Notes: a model not told the origin generated them from the sequence alone. DNA of 64,000 nucleotides from Candidatus Rokuibacteriota bacterium (GCA_003220685.1 QHTE01000068.1:230-64229); one strand, 5' to 3'. Shown: positions 26,129 to 35,576, numbered from the stretch's first letter. A program made the numbers and translations.

Positions 26129-27913
26129 CTACGCGTCCCGGTACCAGAACGGCAGGTTCCAGAAGTCGAGGTCGAACGCGTTGTGCTCGATGCCCTTGAG
26201 ACGATTCGAGATCGCGGAGGCCTTGGCGCGGAGAACGATCGGGACGAGGATGCCGCTCCGGATCACAAGGTCGTTCATCCGAATGAACAGCGCCGCGCGC
26301 TTGAGCGGATCCACCTCGGTCTCAGCGGTCTTGAAGAGCCGGTCGTATTCCTCGTTGCGCCAGCGCCAGACGTTGAACTTCTGCCAGTTGTTCTCCTTCG
26401 ACGCGATCTCCCAGGACGTGAAGACGCGCATGAGGCGCTCGGGATCCGGCGGCCCCATCAGATAGGTGATGAGCTGCAGGTCGGCGTAGAAATGCGTGTA
26501 GGTGTCGGGATTGGCGGGATCCGACGAGTAGAACGACGAGGGCGTCACAGTCTTCAGCTCGATATCGATGCCGGCCTTGGCCGCCGCCTGCTTGATGACG
26601 GCCTGCATCTTCTGCGCTGCCGCGTTCGTGGCGGTCTGGAACACCACCTTGAGACGCTTGCCGTCGCGCGCGCGGATGCCGTCGGCGCCTCGCGCCCAGC
26701 CCCCGGCGTCGAGCAGCTGATTGGCCTTGTCGATGCTGAACTCCCAGCGCGTGTTCTTCGAGCGGAAGCGCTCGGGCGCGCTGATGAAATTGGCCGTGAC
26801 CTGCCCGGTGCGGCCGAGGATCTGCTCCTGGATCCCACCGCGATCCACGAGGAGGGCGAGCGCGTCCCGCACTGCGGGATCGGTGAGGAAGGGGTGCACG
26901 GTCTTCACGCTCGAGCGCTCGCCGTCGACCTCCGTCCACGGATCCGCCTGGTTGAGCTGCACGTGCGTGATGCGCCCGCCGAAGGCGATGAGGACCTTGC
27001 CCTTGCCGCCGTGCTCGAGCCGCTGGAGCACGTCGTCCTCGACGCCGCCGACCTCCGCCGCGTAGTCGTACTCGCCGGTCTGGAGCACGGCGCGCGCCGC
27101 CGAGACGGCGTCGCCGCCGCCCTTGATCTCCAGGGTGTCGAAGAACGGCCGGTTGGGGACGTGGTAGCTGGGATTGAGCTCGGCCTTGAGTAGATCGCCC
27201 GGCTTGAAATCGACGAAGCGGTACGGACCGGTGCCGACGGGCTTGAGGTTGTTCGGCGCCTCCCGTGACCTGGCGCCCTTGTAGGGCTCGAAGATGTGCC
27301 GGGGTAGGATGACACCGACCGTCAGCCAGTAGGGAGTCGGCTGCGTGAACGAGACTTTCACGGTGTAGGGATCGATCGCCTCGACCTGCTTCACGTTGCG
27401 AAAGACGCCGACGGTGGGGGCGCCCGTCGCGGGATCGGCCGCGTATTCCCAGTTGAAGACCACGTCCTGGGCGGTGAACGGCTTGCCGTCGTGCCATTGG
27501 ACCCCGCGCTTGAGCCACCAGGTCACCGACATGCCGTCCTTCGCCACGCCGCCGTTCGTGAGGCTCGGTACCTCGCGCGCCAGCACTGGCACCATCTCGC
27601 CGCGTGGGTCGAAATGAACGAGCGGCTCGTAGAACAAGCTGCCCGCGTTCCAGTCCTTGAGCCCGACGGCGAGCGTGGGATTCAACAGATTAGGCGCGTC
27701 CCACCAGAGTGCCTTGAGCTGACCGCCGCCGCCTCGCTTCGCGGGCGCGGCGGTCGTCCGTGTCTGCGCCTCGGCCAGCCCGGCGGCGACGAGCATCTCG
27801 CGCGCCAGCGGCGCGGCCAGGCTGAGACCCGCCATGGTCCCGACAAAGTCCCGCCGCGAGAGGTGTCCGGCGCGGACATCACGAAGCAGCTCGCGGACCT
27901 CGTGCTCGCTCAT
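26129..27913 (-). CDS. ABC transporter substrate-binding protein, family 5 (peptide/nickel/opine type), Tat signal
   Basis: The Tat motif is SRRDFVGTMAGLSLAAP. The length is 594 aa, and typical SBP-5 blocks are present (..WHDGKPFTAQDVVF.., ..GTGPYRFV..). Confidence 0.9.
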   Translation of the reverse strand: MSEHEVRELLRDVRAGHLSRRDFVGTMAGLSLAAPLAREMLVAAGLAEAQTRTTAAPAKRGGGGQLKALWWDAPNLLNPTLAVGLKDWNAGSLFYEPLVHFDPRGEMVPVLAREVPSLTNGGVAKDGMSVTWWLKRGVQWHDGKPFTAQDVVFNWEYAADPATGAPTVGVFRNVKQVEAIDPYTVKVSFTQPTPYWLTVGVILPRHIFEPYKGARSREAPNNLKPVGTGPYRFVDFKPGDLLKAELNPSYHVPNRPFFDTLEIKGGGDAVSAARAVLQTGEYDYAAEVGGVEDDVLQRLEHGGKGKVLIAFGGRITHVQLNQADPWTEVDGERSSVKTVHPFLTDPAVRDALALLVDRGGIQEQILGRTGQVTANFISAPERFRSKNTRWEFSIDKANQLLDAGGWARGADGIRARDGKRLKVVFQTATNAAAQKMQAVIKQAAAKAGIDIELKTVTPSSFYSSDPANPDTYTHFYADLQLITYLMGPPDPERLMRVFTSWEIASKENNWQKFNVWRWRNEEYDRLFKTAETEVDPLKRAALFIRMNDLVIRSGILVPIVLRAKASAISNRLKGIEHNAFDLDFWNLPFWYRDA

Positions 27914-27940
27914 CGGGCCCTCCTTCTGATGGCCGCCGGT

Positions 27941-28960
27941 TCAGCTCGCCGCCGGAGGACGTCGCGCGAACCAGGGCTGGGCGCCCTCGAGCTGAGCGCC
28001 CAGACGAAAGAGCGTCGCTTCGTCGCCGAAGCGCGCGGCGAACTGCACGCCGATCGGCAGACCCGAGCGGGACCAGGCCAGAGGCACCGACACCGCGGGG
28101 TTCCCGGCCGAGTTGAAGAGCGAGGTGAAGCCGATCGTCGCGCGGTTCTTCACCCGCTACGACCTGCTGCTCTCGCCGACGATGTGCCGGCCGCCGTACC
28201 CCCTCGGCATCCTCGATCTCATGACCGACGACGTCGAGCGATACACGCAGGCCATCCTCGGCTCGACTCGGCCGATGCGATGAACGACGCCGATCGACCG
28301 CGCGTAGTCGGCCGCGCGGGCCTTGTGCCCGTCCACGGCGCGCGCCCAGGTGAGACGCTCGACGTCGCCCGCGGCCAGCTCGCGGCCGAGCGCGGCGCGG
28401 ATATTGGCGCTGACGATGATGAGCGTCGCCTCGCCGAGCGCTCGGGCGTCGACGTCCGGCGTCGCCTCTTCCACCTGATGGCCGAGCCGCTCGCAGAGCC
28501 GCCCGGCCGCGACGGCGGCCTCGGCGCACTCCGCGTCGACGGGCTGCCCGTTCCACGGCCTGGTCGTGATCGCGATGCGCAGACGCCCGGGATCGCGCCC
28601 GACCTCTTCGAGAAACGGCCGCGTGGGAGGCGGCGCCCAGTACGGGTCGCCGATATCGGGCCCGGACGTCGCGTCGAGCAGCGCCGCGCTGTCTCGCACG
28701 GTTCGCGTCACCGCGTGACCGACCGAGGCGCCGCCCCAGCCTTCGCCAGCGTCCGGCCCCATCGGATTGCGCGCGCGCGTCGGCTTGAGGCCGAAGAGGC
28801 CACAACAGGAGGCCGGGATCCTGATCGATCCGCCGCCGTCCGTGGCGTGCGCCATGGGGACGACGCCGGCCGCGGCGGCGGCCGCCGAGCCGCCGCTCGA
28901 GCCGCCGGGGCTGTGAGTCAGGCTCCACGGATTGCGGGTCGGGCCGAACAGGCGGGGAAC
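27941..28960 (-). pseudogene. Amidase-signature gene remnant: the N-terminal ~150 codons are missing and an internal segment is inverted
   Basis: The minus-strand frame reads ..[58 protein letters not shown], then breaks. The next expected block ([13 protein letters not shown]..) is encoded on the plus strand at 28140-28265. The C-terminus (..GFTSLFNSAGNPAVSVPL..) resumes on the minus strand in the same frame. Confidence 0.8.
28140..28267 (+). other. Inverted internal segment of the amidase remnant (about 128 bp), flanked by short imperfect inverted repeats
   Basis: Plus-strand translation from 28140 gives [42 protein letters not shown]. This is the amidase block that belongs between the two minus-strand parts. 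The flanks are GCCGATCGTC (28130-28139) and GACTCGGC (28265-28272), which are inverted repeats. Confidence 0.75.
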
Positions 28961-28995
28961 AGCGCGCTGCCGAAGCTGAAAGATCTGGGCGCGCA

Positions 28996-29308
28996 CTAGA
29001 TGAGATCCATGACTCCGGGCATCGGTGTCCTCCGCTGTGGCTCTCGCGCGGGTGCGCCAGCGCGATCTGCCCGACCTCGGACGACCACGCCGCGTCCAGC
29101 GCAGCGCGGTCGTCGAACCAGAGCTCGGCGACACCGTCCCACGGCTCGCGGCCCTCGTGCGACGTCGAGCCGGTGATCAGGCACACGCGATATTTTCTGA
29201 GATTCGGCAGCTTCTTCCCGTAGGCCACATGCTCGTCGAGCCACCAGCGATGGAAGCGCTCGCGGTCCAGCTCGACGGGCGTCGCAGCAGCACCATCGCC
29301 TTGATCAT
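28996..29308 (-). pseudogene. EthD-family protein gene with at least one frameshift
   Basis: ATG 29308 overlaps the SDR stop (ATGA) and opens MIKAMVLLRR. The rest of the domain ([42 protein letters not shown]..) is in another frame. The shift is at a CCC run near 29277-29279. The 3' end is uncertain. Confidence 0.6.
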
Positions 29309-30063
29309 TGCGCCAGCGCGCCGCCATCGATGACCAGCTCGCTGCCCGTCATGTACGCCGAGTCGTCCGACGCGAGATAGAGCACCAGCTTCACGACGTC
29401 GTCGACGGTGCCCATCCGACCGAGCGGGACGCGCTCCAGACGCCGGCGGAGCACCTCCGGGTCGGGCATCGCGCTGTGGAGCATCTCCGTGTCGATCGGC
29501 CCGGGGTGCACCGAGTTGCAGCGGATGCGGTCCTTCGCGTGCTGGCTCGCCGTCACCTTGGTGAAGATGCGGATCGCGCCCTTGCTGGCCGCGTAGGCCG
29601 GCTCCTGGTGCAAGGATTGGCCGATGCCGGCCACCGACGAGATGTTCACGATCGAGCCGCCGCCCGCGCGGCGCATCGCGGGGATCGCGTATTTCGTCCC
29701 GAGGAAGACGCCCCTGGCGTTCACGGCCATCACTCGATCCCACTCGGCAACCGTGCGATCTTCGATCGCGACCCGCGGGATCACGATCGCTGCGTTGTTG
29801 ACGAGGATATCGAGGCGCCCATGGCGGCCGGTCGCGAGGCCGACGGCGTTTTGCCAATCCACTTCGTTCGTGACGTCCAGATGAACGTACGAGGCCTCGC
29901 CGCCGCCGGCGCGAATGGCGGCCTCGACCTTCTTGCCCTCGGCGTCGAGGATGTCGCCGAACACTACCTTCGCGCCCTCACGCGCGAACGTCTGCGCCTC
30001 CGTGGCACCTTGGCCCCGCGCTCCGCCGCTGATCAGCGCGACCTTTCCGTCCAGCTTTCCCAT
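29305..30063 (-). CDS. SDR family oxidoreductase
   Basis: The blocks ..KVALISGGARGQGA.., ..NNAA.. and ..YAASKGA.. are present, and the C-terminus ..GSELVIDGG.. fits the family. Confidence 0.9.
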   Translation of the reverse strand: MGKLDGKVALISGGARGQGATEAQTFAREGAKVVFGDILDAEGKKVEAAIRAGGGEASYVHLDVTNEVDWQNAVGLATGRHGRLDILVNNAAIVIPRVAIEDRTVAEWDRVMAVNARGVFLGTKYAIPAMRRAGGGSIVNISSVAGIGQSLHQEPAYAASKGAIRIFTKVTASQHAKDRIRCNSVHPGPIDTEMLHSAMPDPEVLRRRLERVPLGRMGTVDDVVKLVLYLASDDSAYMTGSELVIDGGALAQ

Positions 30064-30109
30064 CTTCTATCTCCTGATTTGTAGTCGTACCACGTCCGGC
30101 GCCGCGCGT

Positions 30110-31021
30110 TCAGCGTGGAGGCGCCGGGTGCGTGGCGACCCAGTGCCTGGCGATGTCGAGACGACGCGTGAACCACACGCCGTTGTGGCGGGCCATGTAA
30201 TCAAGCGCGCGCTCGAGCCCCGCGGCGCGCGATGGATGACCGATGAGCCTGAGATGCAGGCCGAGCGACATCATCTTCGGCTGCGTCCGGCCCTCGCGGT
30301 AGAGCACGTCGAAGCCGTCCTTGACGAACGTGAAGTAGTCGTCGGCGGTGAAGAAGCCGCCGCGGCCAAACTTCGAGTCGTTGGCCGTCAAGCTGTACGG
30401 CACGATCAGATGCGGCCGGTCGTGCACCCGCACCCAGTACGGCAGCTCGTCGTTGTAGGCATCCGAGTCGTAGAGGAAGCCGCCTTCCTCGACCAGGAGG
30501 CGCCGCGTGTTCACGCTGGGCCCGGAGCGGCAATACCAGCCGAGCGGCCGCTCGCCGACGGTCTTCTTCATCGACTCCACGGCCTTGCGGATGTGCTCGC
30601 GCTCGTCCGCTTCGGTGAGCTCCCAGTGCTTGATCCAGCGCCAGCCATGTGAGCAGACGTCGAAGCCGGATTCGCGGACTGCCGCGGCCACCGCCGGGTT
30701 GCGCTCGAGCGCGAGGGCGCAGCCGAACACCGTCAGCGGCAGCCCGCGCTCCTGGAAAATGCGCAGCACGCGCCAGAAGCCGACGCGGCTGCCGTACTCG
30801 AACATCCCCTCGGCCGCGAGATCGCGCCCCTTCACCCCGTAGTCGGACACGCCGGCTTCGGTCAGGGTGGCCTCGGAGAAGCCGTCGTCGTGAACGTTGT
30901 ACTCGGAGCCTTCCTCGTAGTTGATGACGAAGTTCACCGCGATTCGCGCCTCGCCCGGCCAGTGCGGATGCGGAGGCTTGCCGGCGTAGCCGATCAGGTC
31001 GCGCGGATAGGGAGTGGACAT
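30110..31021 (-). CDS. puuE: PuuE-type allantoinase / polysaccharide deacetylase family protein
   Basis: The start is at internal ATG 31021. MSTPYPRDLIGYAGKPPHPHWPGEARIAVNFVINYEEGSE..FEYGSRVGFWR..HGWRWI.. matches the urate-catabolism PuuE pattern as I recall it. The substrate is not proven. Confidence 0.75.
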   Translation of the reverse strand: MSTPYPRDLIGYAGKPPHPHWPGEARIAVNFVINYEEGSEYNVHDDGFSEATLTEAGVSDYGVKGRDLAAEGMFEYGSRVGFWRVLRIFQERGLPLTVFGCALALERNPAVAAAVRESGFDVCSHGWRWIKHWELTEADEREHIRKAVESMKKTVGERPLGWYCRSGPSVNTRRLLVEEGGFLYDSDAYNDELPYWVRVHDRPHLIVPYSLTANDSKFGRGGFFTADDYFTFVKDGFDVLYREGRTQPKMMSLGLHLRLIGHPSRAAGLERALDYMARHNGVWFTRRLDIARHWVATHPAPPR

Positions 31022-31056
31022 TGGCGGGATTCTAGAACATCTTGAGGGCAAAGTTT

Positions 31057-31104
31057 TGCGCTGCAGGCCGTCGCGGGGCTGGGCCCCCGCCGGCCGAGGC
31101 GCGA
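31057..31104 (+). repeat. REP-like GC-rich palindromic element, copy B
   Basis: The sequence is TGCGCTGCAGGCCGTCGCGGGGCTGGGCCCCCGCCGGCCGAGGCGCGA. It lies in the divergent intergenic region between the puuE-like gene and the amidohydrolase gene. Confidence 0.85.
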
Positions 31105-31127
31105 CCAGAAGCCTGGAGGGCAGCCCG

Positions 31128-32270
31128 ATGGCCCCGGCCGTGATCCTCTCGTCCGACTCGCACGTGTTCGAGCCGCCGGATCTCTGGATGAAGCGCATCG
31201 ACCACACCTTTCGGGACCGGGCACCCCGGATCGAGCGTATCGACGGCGCCGACCAGATCGTGATCGAGGCCGACCACATCCTCTCCGGCATCGGGCTCAT
31301 CTCGAACGCCGGCGCGCGATTCGAGGCGCCCGAGACCATCTCCGGACAGGGCCTCTTCGACGACGTGCCGCGCGGCGGCTACGACCCCGAGCAGCACCTG
31401 GCCGACATGCGGCTCGACGGCGTGTCGGGCGAGGTGCTCTACCCCTCGCAGGGCCTCTTCTACTTCCGGGTGGCGGACGCGGCGCTGATGTCGGCGATCT
31501 TCCACGCCTACAACGAGTGGCTCGCCGAGTTCTGCAAGACCGATCCCGCACGGCTCAAGGGCATCGCGATGATCAACCTGGACGACGTCCAGGACGGCAT
31601 CCGCGAGCTCGAGCGCGCCGCGCGTCTGGGCCTCGCCGGCGCGATGATCACCGAGTATCCGCTCGAGCACCGGCGCTACGACCAGCCGGAGTACGAGCCG
31701 TTCTGGGCCGCGGCGCAGGCGCTCGGCATGCCGCTGAGCCTGCACACGGCCACGCGGCGTCAGGGGAAGATCCGCGGGGCGGGCGAGAAGACCTTGCGCG
31801 ACGCGAGCAGCCGCTCGACGAAGGCGTTCTACCCGGCGCTCTCGATGTGCGACATGATCTTCTCGGGTGTCTTCGAGCGCTATCCGCGGCTGACGGTGGC
31901 CATCGTCGAGTTCGAGCTCTCGTGGGCGCCGCACATCCTGACGTCGATGGACTACACCTATCGCGAGCGCCACGGCGAGGCGATCTATCGCTTCAAGGAC
32001 GGCATGAAGCCGAGCGACTTCTTCCATCGCAACGTCGTGCTGAGCTTCCAGGAGGACGCGATCGGTATCCGCCTGCGCGACATGATCGGCGTCGACAACA
32101 TGATGTGGGGCTCGGACTATCCGCACAGCGAATCCACGTTCCCCCAGTCGCGCAAGATCCTGGCAGAGATCCTCGCGGGCGTGCCCGAGGACGAGCAGGC
32201 GAAGATCGTCGGCGGCAACACCGCGCGCGTGTACCGGTTCGACGTGACGGAGGCGGCCGCCGATGCTTGA
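31128..32270 (+). CDS. Amidohydrolase-2 family protein
   Basis: The start is at internal ATG 31128 (MAPAVILSSDSHVFEPPDLW..), preceded by GGAGGG. The blocks ..LHTATRRQ.. and ..WGSDYPHSEST.. are present. Confidence 0.85.
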   Translation: MAPAVILSSDSHVFEPPDLWMKRIDHTFRDRAPRIERIDGADQIVIEADHILSGIGLISNAGARFEAPETISGQGLFDDVPRGGYDPEQHLADMRLDGVSGEVLYPSQGLFYFRVADAALMSAIFHAYNEWLAEFCKTDPARLKGIAMINLDDVQDGIRELERAARLGLAGAMITEYPLEHRRYDQPEYEPFWAAAQALGMPLSLHTATRRQGKIRGAGEKTLRDASSRSTKAFYPALSMCDMIFSGVFERYPRLTVAIVEFELSWAPHILTSMDYTYRERHGEAIYRFKDGMKPSDFFHRNVVLSFQEDAIGIRLRDMIGVDNMMWGSDYPHSESTFPQSRKILAEILAGVPEDEQAKIVGGNTARVYRFDVTEAAADA

Positions 32271-33630
32271 GGAGCCGACGTCTCTTCGCGTCGAGGACCC
32301 GGGCGTCCGCGCGCTGTTCACCGAGGCCGCGCGCTTCCAGTCGTGGCTCGACGTGGAAGCGGCGCTCGCCCAGGCGCAGGCCGAGCTCGGCATCATTCCC
32401 GCGAGAGCCGCGCGCGAGATCGCCGCCAAGGCGCACCTGAAGTACCTCGACCTCGCCGCCGTCCGGGCCGGCCTCGCGAAGACCGGCCATCCGCTGGTGC
32501 CCCTGGTCTGGGAGCTCGATCGCGCGTGCGAGGGCGACGCGGGCGGCTACGTGCACTGGGGCGCGACGACGCAGAACATCACGCAGACCGGCCAGCTTCT
32601 GCAGGTGCGCCGCGCCCACGAGATCTTCCTGCGCCAGCTCGCGAGCGTGCTGACCCACCTGGCCGGCCTGGCCGAGCGCACGAAGGACGCGCTGCTCCCA
32701 GGACGCACGCACGGCCAGCACGCGGTGCCGGCGACGTTCGGCTTCAAGGTGGCGGTCTGGATCGACGAGCTCTGCCGCCACGTCGCGCGCTTGCGCGCGT
32801 GCGAGGAGCGCGTGTTCGTCGCGATGCTGGGCGGCGGGGCCGGCACGCTCGCCTCGCTGGGCGAGCTCGGCCTGGCGACCCAGGAGAAGATGGCCGCGCG
32901 GCTCGGGATGCGCCCGATGACGGTGCCCGCCCGCACGATCGGCGACCATCAGGCGGAGTACGTCACGCTGCTCGGCCTGCTCGCCGCCACGGCCGGCAAG
33001 ATCGGGCGCGAGATCTACACCCTGATGAAGCAGGAGTTCGGCGAGGTCGAGGAGCCCGTGCCGCCCGGCACCGTGGGCAGCAGCACGATGCCCCAGAAGC
33101 GCAATCCGAAGCTCTCGCAGGACATCATCGCCGCGGCGGCGCAGGTCCGCGCACTCGTGCCGCTGGCGCTGGACGCCATGCAGACCGAGCACGAGGCGGA
33201 CCGGACCACGAGCATCATGATGAGCCGGGCGCTCGTGCAGGCCTGCGAGCTCACGGGCGACATGCTCCAGCGGATGATCGCGCTCTTCGACGGCCTCCAG
33301 GTCTTCCCCGCGCGGATGCGCGAGAACCTCGACCTCTCGGGCGGGCTGATCATGGCCGAGGCGCTCATGCTCGAGCTCGGCAAGCAGATCGGACGCCAGC
33401 GGGCCCACGACGCCGTGTACGACGCCGCGCAGGCCTCCGTCACTCAGTCGCGCCCGTTCCGCGAGCTACTGGCCGCGGATCCGCACGTCAGCGCCCGGCT
33501 CACGTCGTCCCAGGTGGACGCGCTGCTCGATCCGGCGCGCTACACCGGGCTCTGCCGCCAGTTCGCCGAGCGCGGCGCCGTTCAGGCGCGCGAGGTGGCC
33601 GCGACGATCGGGCGCCGGGCTGGTGCCTGA
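32263..33630 (+). CDS. Class II fumarase/aspartase-family lyase (adenylosuccinate lyase / carboxymuconate cycloisomerase-like)
   Basis: The signature GSSTMPQKRNP is present, along with ..HWGATTQNI.. and ..GRTHGQHAVP.. It overlaps the upstream gene by 8 nt. Confidence 0.85.
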   Translation: MLEEPTSLRVEDPGVRALFTEAARFQSWLDVEAALAQAQAELGIIPARAAREIAAKAHLKYLDLAAVRAGLAKTGHPLVPLVWELDRACEGDAGGYVHWGATTQNITQTGQLLQVRRAHEIFLRQLASVLTHLAGLAERTKDALLPGRTHGQHAVPATFGFKVAVWIDELCRHVARLRACEERVFVAMLGGGAGTLASLGELGLATQEKMAARLGMRPMTVPARTIGDHQAEYVTLLGLLAATAGKIGREIYTLMKQEFGEVEEPVPPGTVGSSTMPQKRNPKLSQDIIAAAAQVRALVPLALDAMQTEHEADRTTSIMMSRALVQACELTGDMLQRMIALFDGLQVFPARMRENLDLSGGLIMAEALMLELGKQIGRQRAHDAVYDAAQASVTQSRPFRELLAADPHVSARLTSSQVDALLDPARYTGLCRQFAERGAVQAREVAATIGRRAGA

Positions 33631-33684
33631 AGGATTCGGGCTGTCTAACCGCGCCCCCTTCTCGAGCTCATGGTGTCCCCGGAC

Positions 33685-34650
33685 TTAGTGCGGCAGCCCC
33701 AGGACGATCTGGGCGTTGTGGTGCAGGATCTGGTCGACGTCCTCGGGCGGCATGCTCGACTCGCGCAGATAGAAGAAGTTCTGCCGGTACGTCTCGAACG
33801 CGAGCAGGACGGGATAGTCGCTGCCGGCCACGAGGTGATCGGCGCCGAAGGCCTTCCAGGCGCAGAGCAGCGCGGCCTGCGAGCCGTGGCCGACGATGTC
33901 GTAGTAGAAGCGCCGCGCGGTCACGCTCGGGCGCTCCGGCAGGTCGGGGTGCTGTCGCGGCGCCTGATTGTCGAGGCGCTGGAGCAGCATCGGGATGATG
34001 CCGCCGAGGTGTGGGACCACGTACTTGATGTTCGGGAAGCGCTCGGGGATGCGGCGCGCGATCAGGTGCAGCACGATCGCCGCGTCCTCGAGCGATGCGC
34101 CGACCGACACGGTGAAGCCGTAGTCGTTGATCAGCGGCGAGCAGATGCCGTTCTGGATCGGGTGGTAATTCAGCACGGCCCGGCGGCGGTTCATCTCCTG
34201 GTAGAGCGGCTCGAACTCCGCCTCGGCCGTCGAGCGGTCGAAGCACGAGCACGTCATCGATACGCCGAGCATGCCGAGCCGATCCAGCCCGCGCTCCATC
34301 TCGCGCAGCGACGCGTCGATGTGGGGGAGGGGCAAGGACACCACCGCGTTGAAGCGGCCCGGATACTTCCGCGCGAGGTCCGCGTAGGCGTCGTTGATGA
34401 GACGCGCCGCGGCGACGGCGTCGGCTTCCTTCTCGGCGTAGGGCGGGCTCGCGGCTGGCGAGAGCACCTGCAGCTCTACCTCGGCCTCTTCCATCTGTTG
34501 CAGACGCGTCTGAATCCCGGCGAGATCGTCGTTGCGTATCGGTCGTGCCGTGGTCGGCCGCGCCGCCTCGGGCAGACTTCGACCGCCGATCCGCAGGAGC
34601 AGGTCGTTGTACTCCTTCGGGAAGTAGTGGGCGTGGATGTCGACGATCAT
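33685..34650 (-). CDS. Amidohydrolase-2 family protein (ACMSD-like)
   Basis: This is the lower part of track ORF 33685..35325 from ATG 34650 (MIVDIHAHYFPKEY..). The blocks ..VPHLGG.. and ..AGSDYP.. are present. Confidence 0.85.
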   Translation of the reverse strand: MIVDIHAHYFPKEYNDLLLRIGGRSLPEAARPTTARPIRNDDLAGIQTRLQQMEEAEVELQVLSPAASPPYAEKEADAVAAARLINDAYADLARKYPGRFNAVVSLPLPHIDASLREMERGLDRLGMLGVSMTCSCFDRSTAEAEFEPLYQEMNRRRAVLNYHPIQNGICSPLINDYGFTVSVGASLEDAAIVLHLIARRIPERFPNIKYVVPHLGGIIPMLLQRLDNQAPRQHPDLPERPSVTARRFYYDIVGHGSQAALLCAWKAFGADHLVAGSDYPVLLAFETYRQNFFYLRESSMPPEDVDQILHHNAQIVLGLPH

Positions 34651-34667
34651 CGCTGGCTCCCTCGAGA

Positions 34668-35438
34668 TCAGACGGCGGTGTAGCCGCCGTCGATGAGCAG
34701 GTCGCTGCCCGTCATGAACGCCGAGGCGTCGCTCGCCAGATAGACCGCGGCGCGCGCGATCTCCGCGGGCAAGCCGAGCCGGCCGAGCAGGTGCTTGGGG
34801 CCCATCATCCGGCGCGCCTCGTCCATGTCCTTCCACCGCCGCAGCATGCGGCGGGTCTCGATCGCGCCCGGCGAGATCGTGTTGGCGCGGATGCCCTGCG
34901 AGGCGTGGTCGGCGGCGAGCACCTTCGCGAGCTGGATCAGCGCGCCCTTGGTCGCGCAGTACGCCGGGCGTCCGGGAGAAGCGACGCGGCCGAGCTGCGA
35001 GGCGATCAGGATGATGCTGCCGCCGCGGCGCGCGATCATCGCGGGGATCGCCGCCTTCACCATCAGGAAAGCGCCGGTGAGGTTGATACGGATCACGCGA
35101 TCCCAGGTCGCTTCGTCCATCTCGAGCACGGTCGCGGTTTGGTCGCTGTCGGCCGCGCCGTACATCAGGACGTCGAGTCCGCCGAAGCGCTGGACCGTGG
35201 CGGTAACGGCGTCGCGGCAGCTGGCGCCGTCGGTGACGTCCAGACGCACCGGCAACGCCTGGCCGCCGCCGGCCTCGATCTCGCCCGCCGTGCTCTTGGC
35301 GCCCGGCTCCTCGACGTCGGCGCACGCGACCCTGGCGCCGGCCGCCGCGTAGGCGAGCGCGGTCGCGCGCCCGATCCCGTTGGCGGCGCCGACCACGATC
35401 GCGATCTTCTTCTCGAGCGTGAACGCCGGATCGATCAT
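34668..35438 (-). CDS. SDR family oxidoreductase
   Basis: The blocks ..KIAIVVGAANGIGRA.. and ..YCATKGA.. are present. The start is set at ATG 35438 (MIDPAF..), 6 nt after GGAGGA; ATG 35450 is the alternative. The upstream part of the track ORF runs through the REP repeats. Confidence 0.85.
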   Translation of the reverse strand: MIDPAFTLEKKIAIVVGAANGIGRATALAYAAAGARVACADVEEPGAKSTAGEIEAGGGQALPVRLDVTDGASCRDAVTATVQRFGGLDVLMYGAADSDQTATVLEMDEATWDRVIRINLTGAFLMVKAAIPAMIARRGGSIILIASQLGRVASPGRPAYCATKGALIQLAKVLAADHASQGIRANTISPGAIETRRMLRRWKDMDEARRMMGPKHLLGRLGLPAEIARAAVYLASDASAFMTGSDLLIDGGYTAV

Positions 35439-35450
35439 CAGGTCCTCCAT

Positions 35451-35576
35451 CTGACCGCGCGCCTCCGCCGGCGGGGCCCTAGCCCCGCGACGGCCTGCGG
35501 CGCGCAAAGCCATCTGACAGCGCGCCTCCGTCGGCGGGGCCCCAGCCCCGCGACGGCCTGCGGCGCGCAAAGCCAC
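35451..35576 (-). repeat. Tandem pair of REP-like elements (two 63-bp units, cores 35457-35505 and 35520-35568)
   Basis: Units 35451-35513 and 35514-35576 differ at 4 positions. Each contains GCGCGCCTCCG(C/T)CGGCGGGGCCC(T/C)AGCCCCGCGACGGCCTGCGGCGCGC, the reverse complement of the copy A/B/D core. Confidence 0.9.

Noticed and set aside
28154-28159. The in-frame TAG between minus-strand ORFs 28157..29134 and 27941..28153 as possible stop-codon read-through or pyrrolysine
   Set aside because: The residues around it (..[18 protein letters not shown]..) are the antisense of an inverted amidase block. The inversion explains the break completely.
35451-35576. Tandem repeat as a mini CRISPR array
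   Set aside because: There are only two directly adjacent units with no spacers. The unit is a member of the dispersed palindromic REP-like family, and there are no cas genes.
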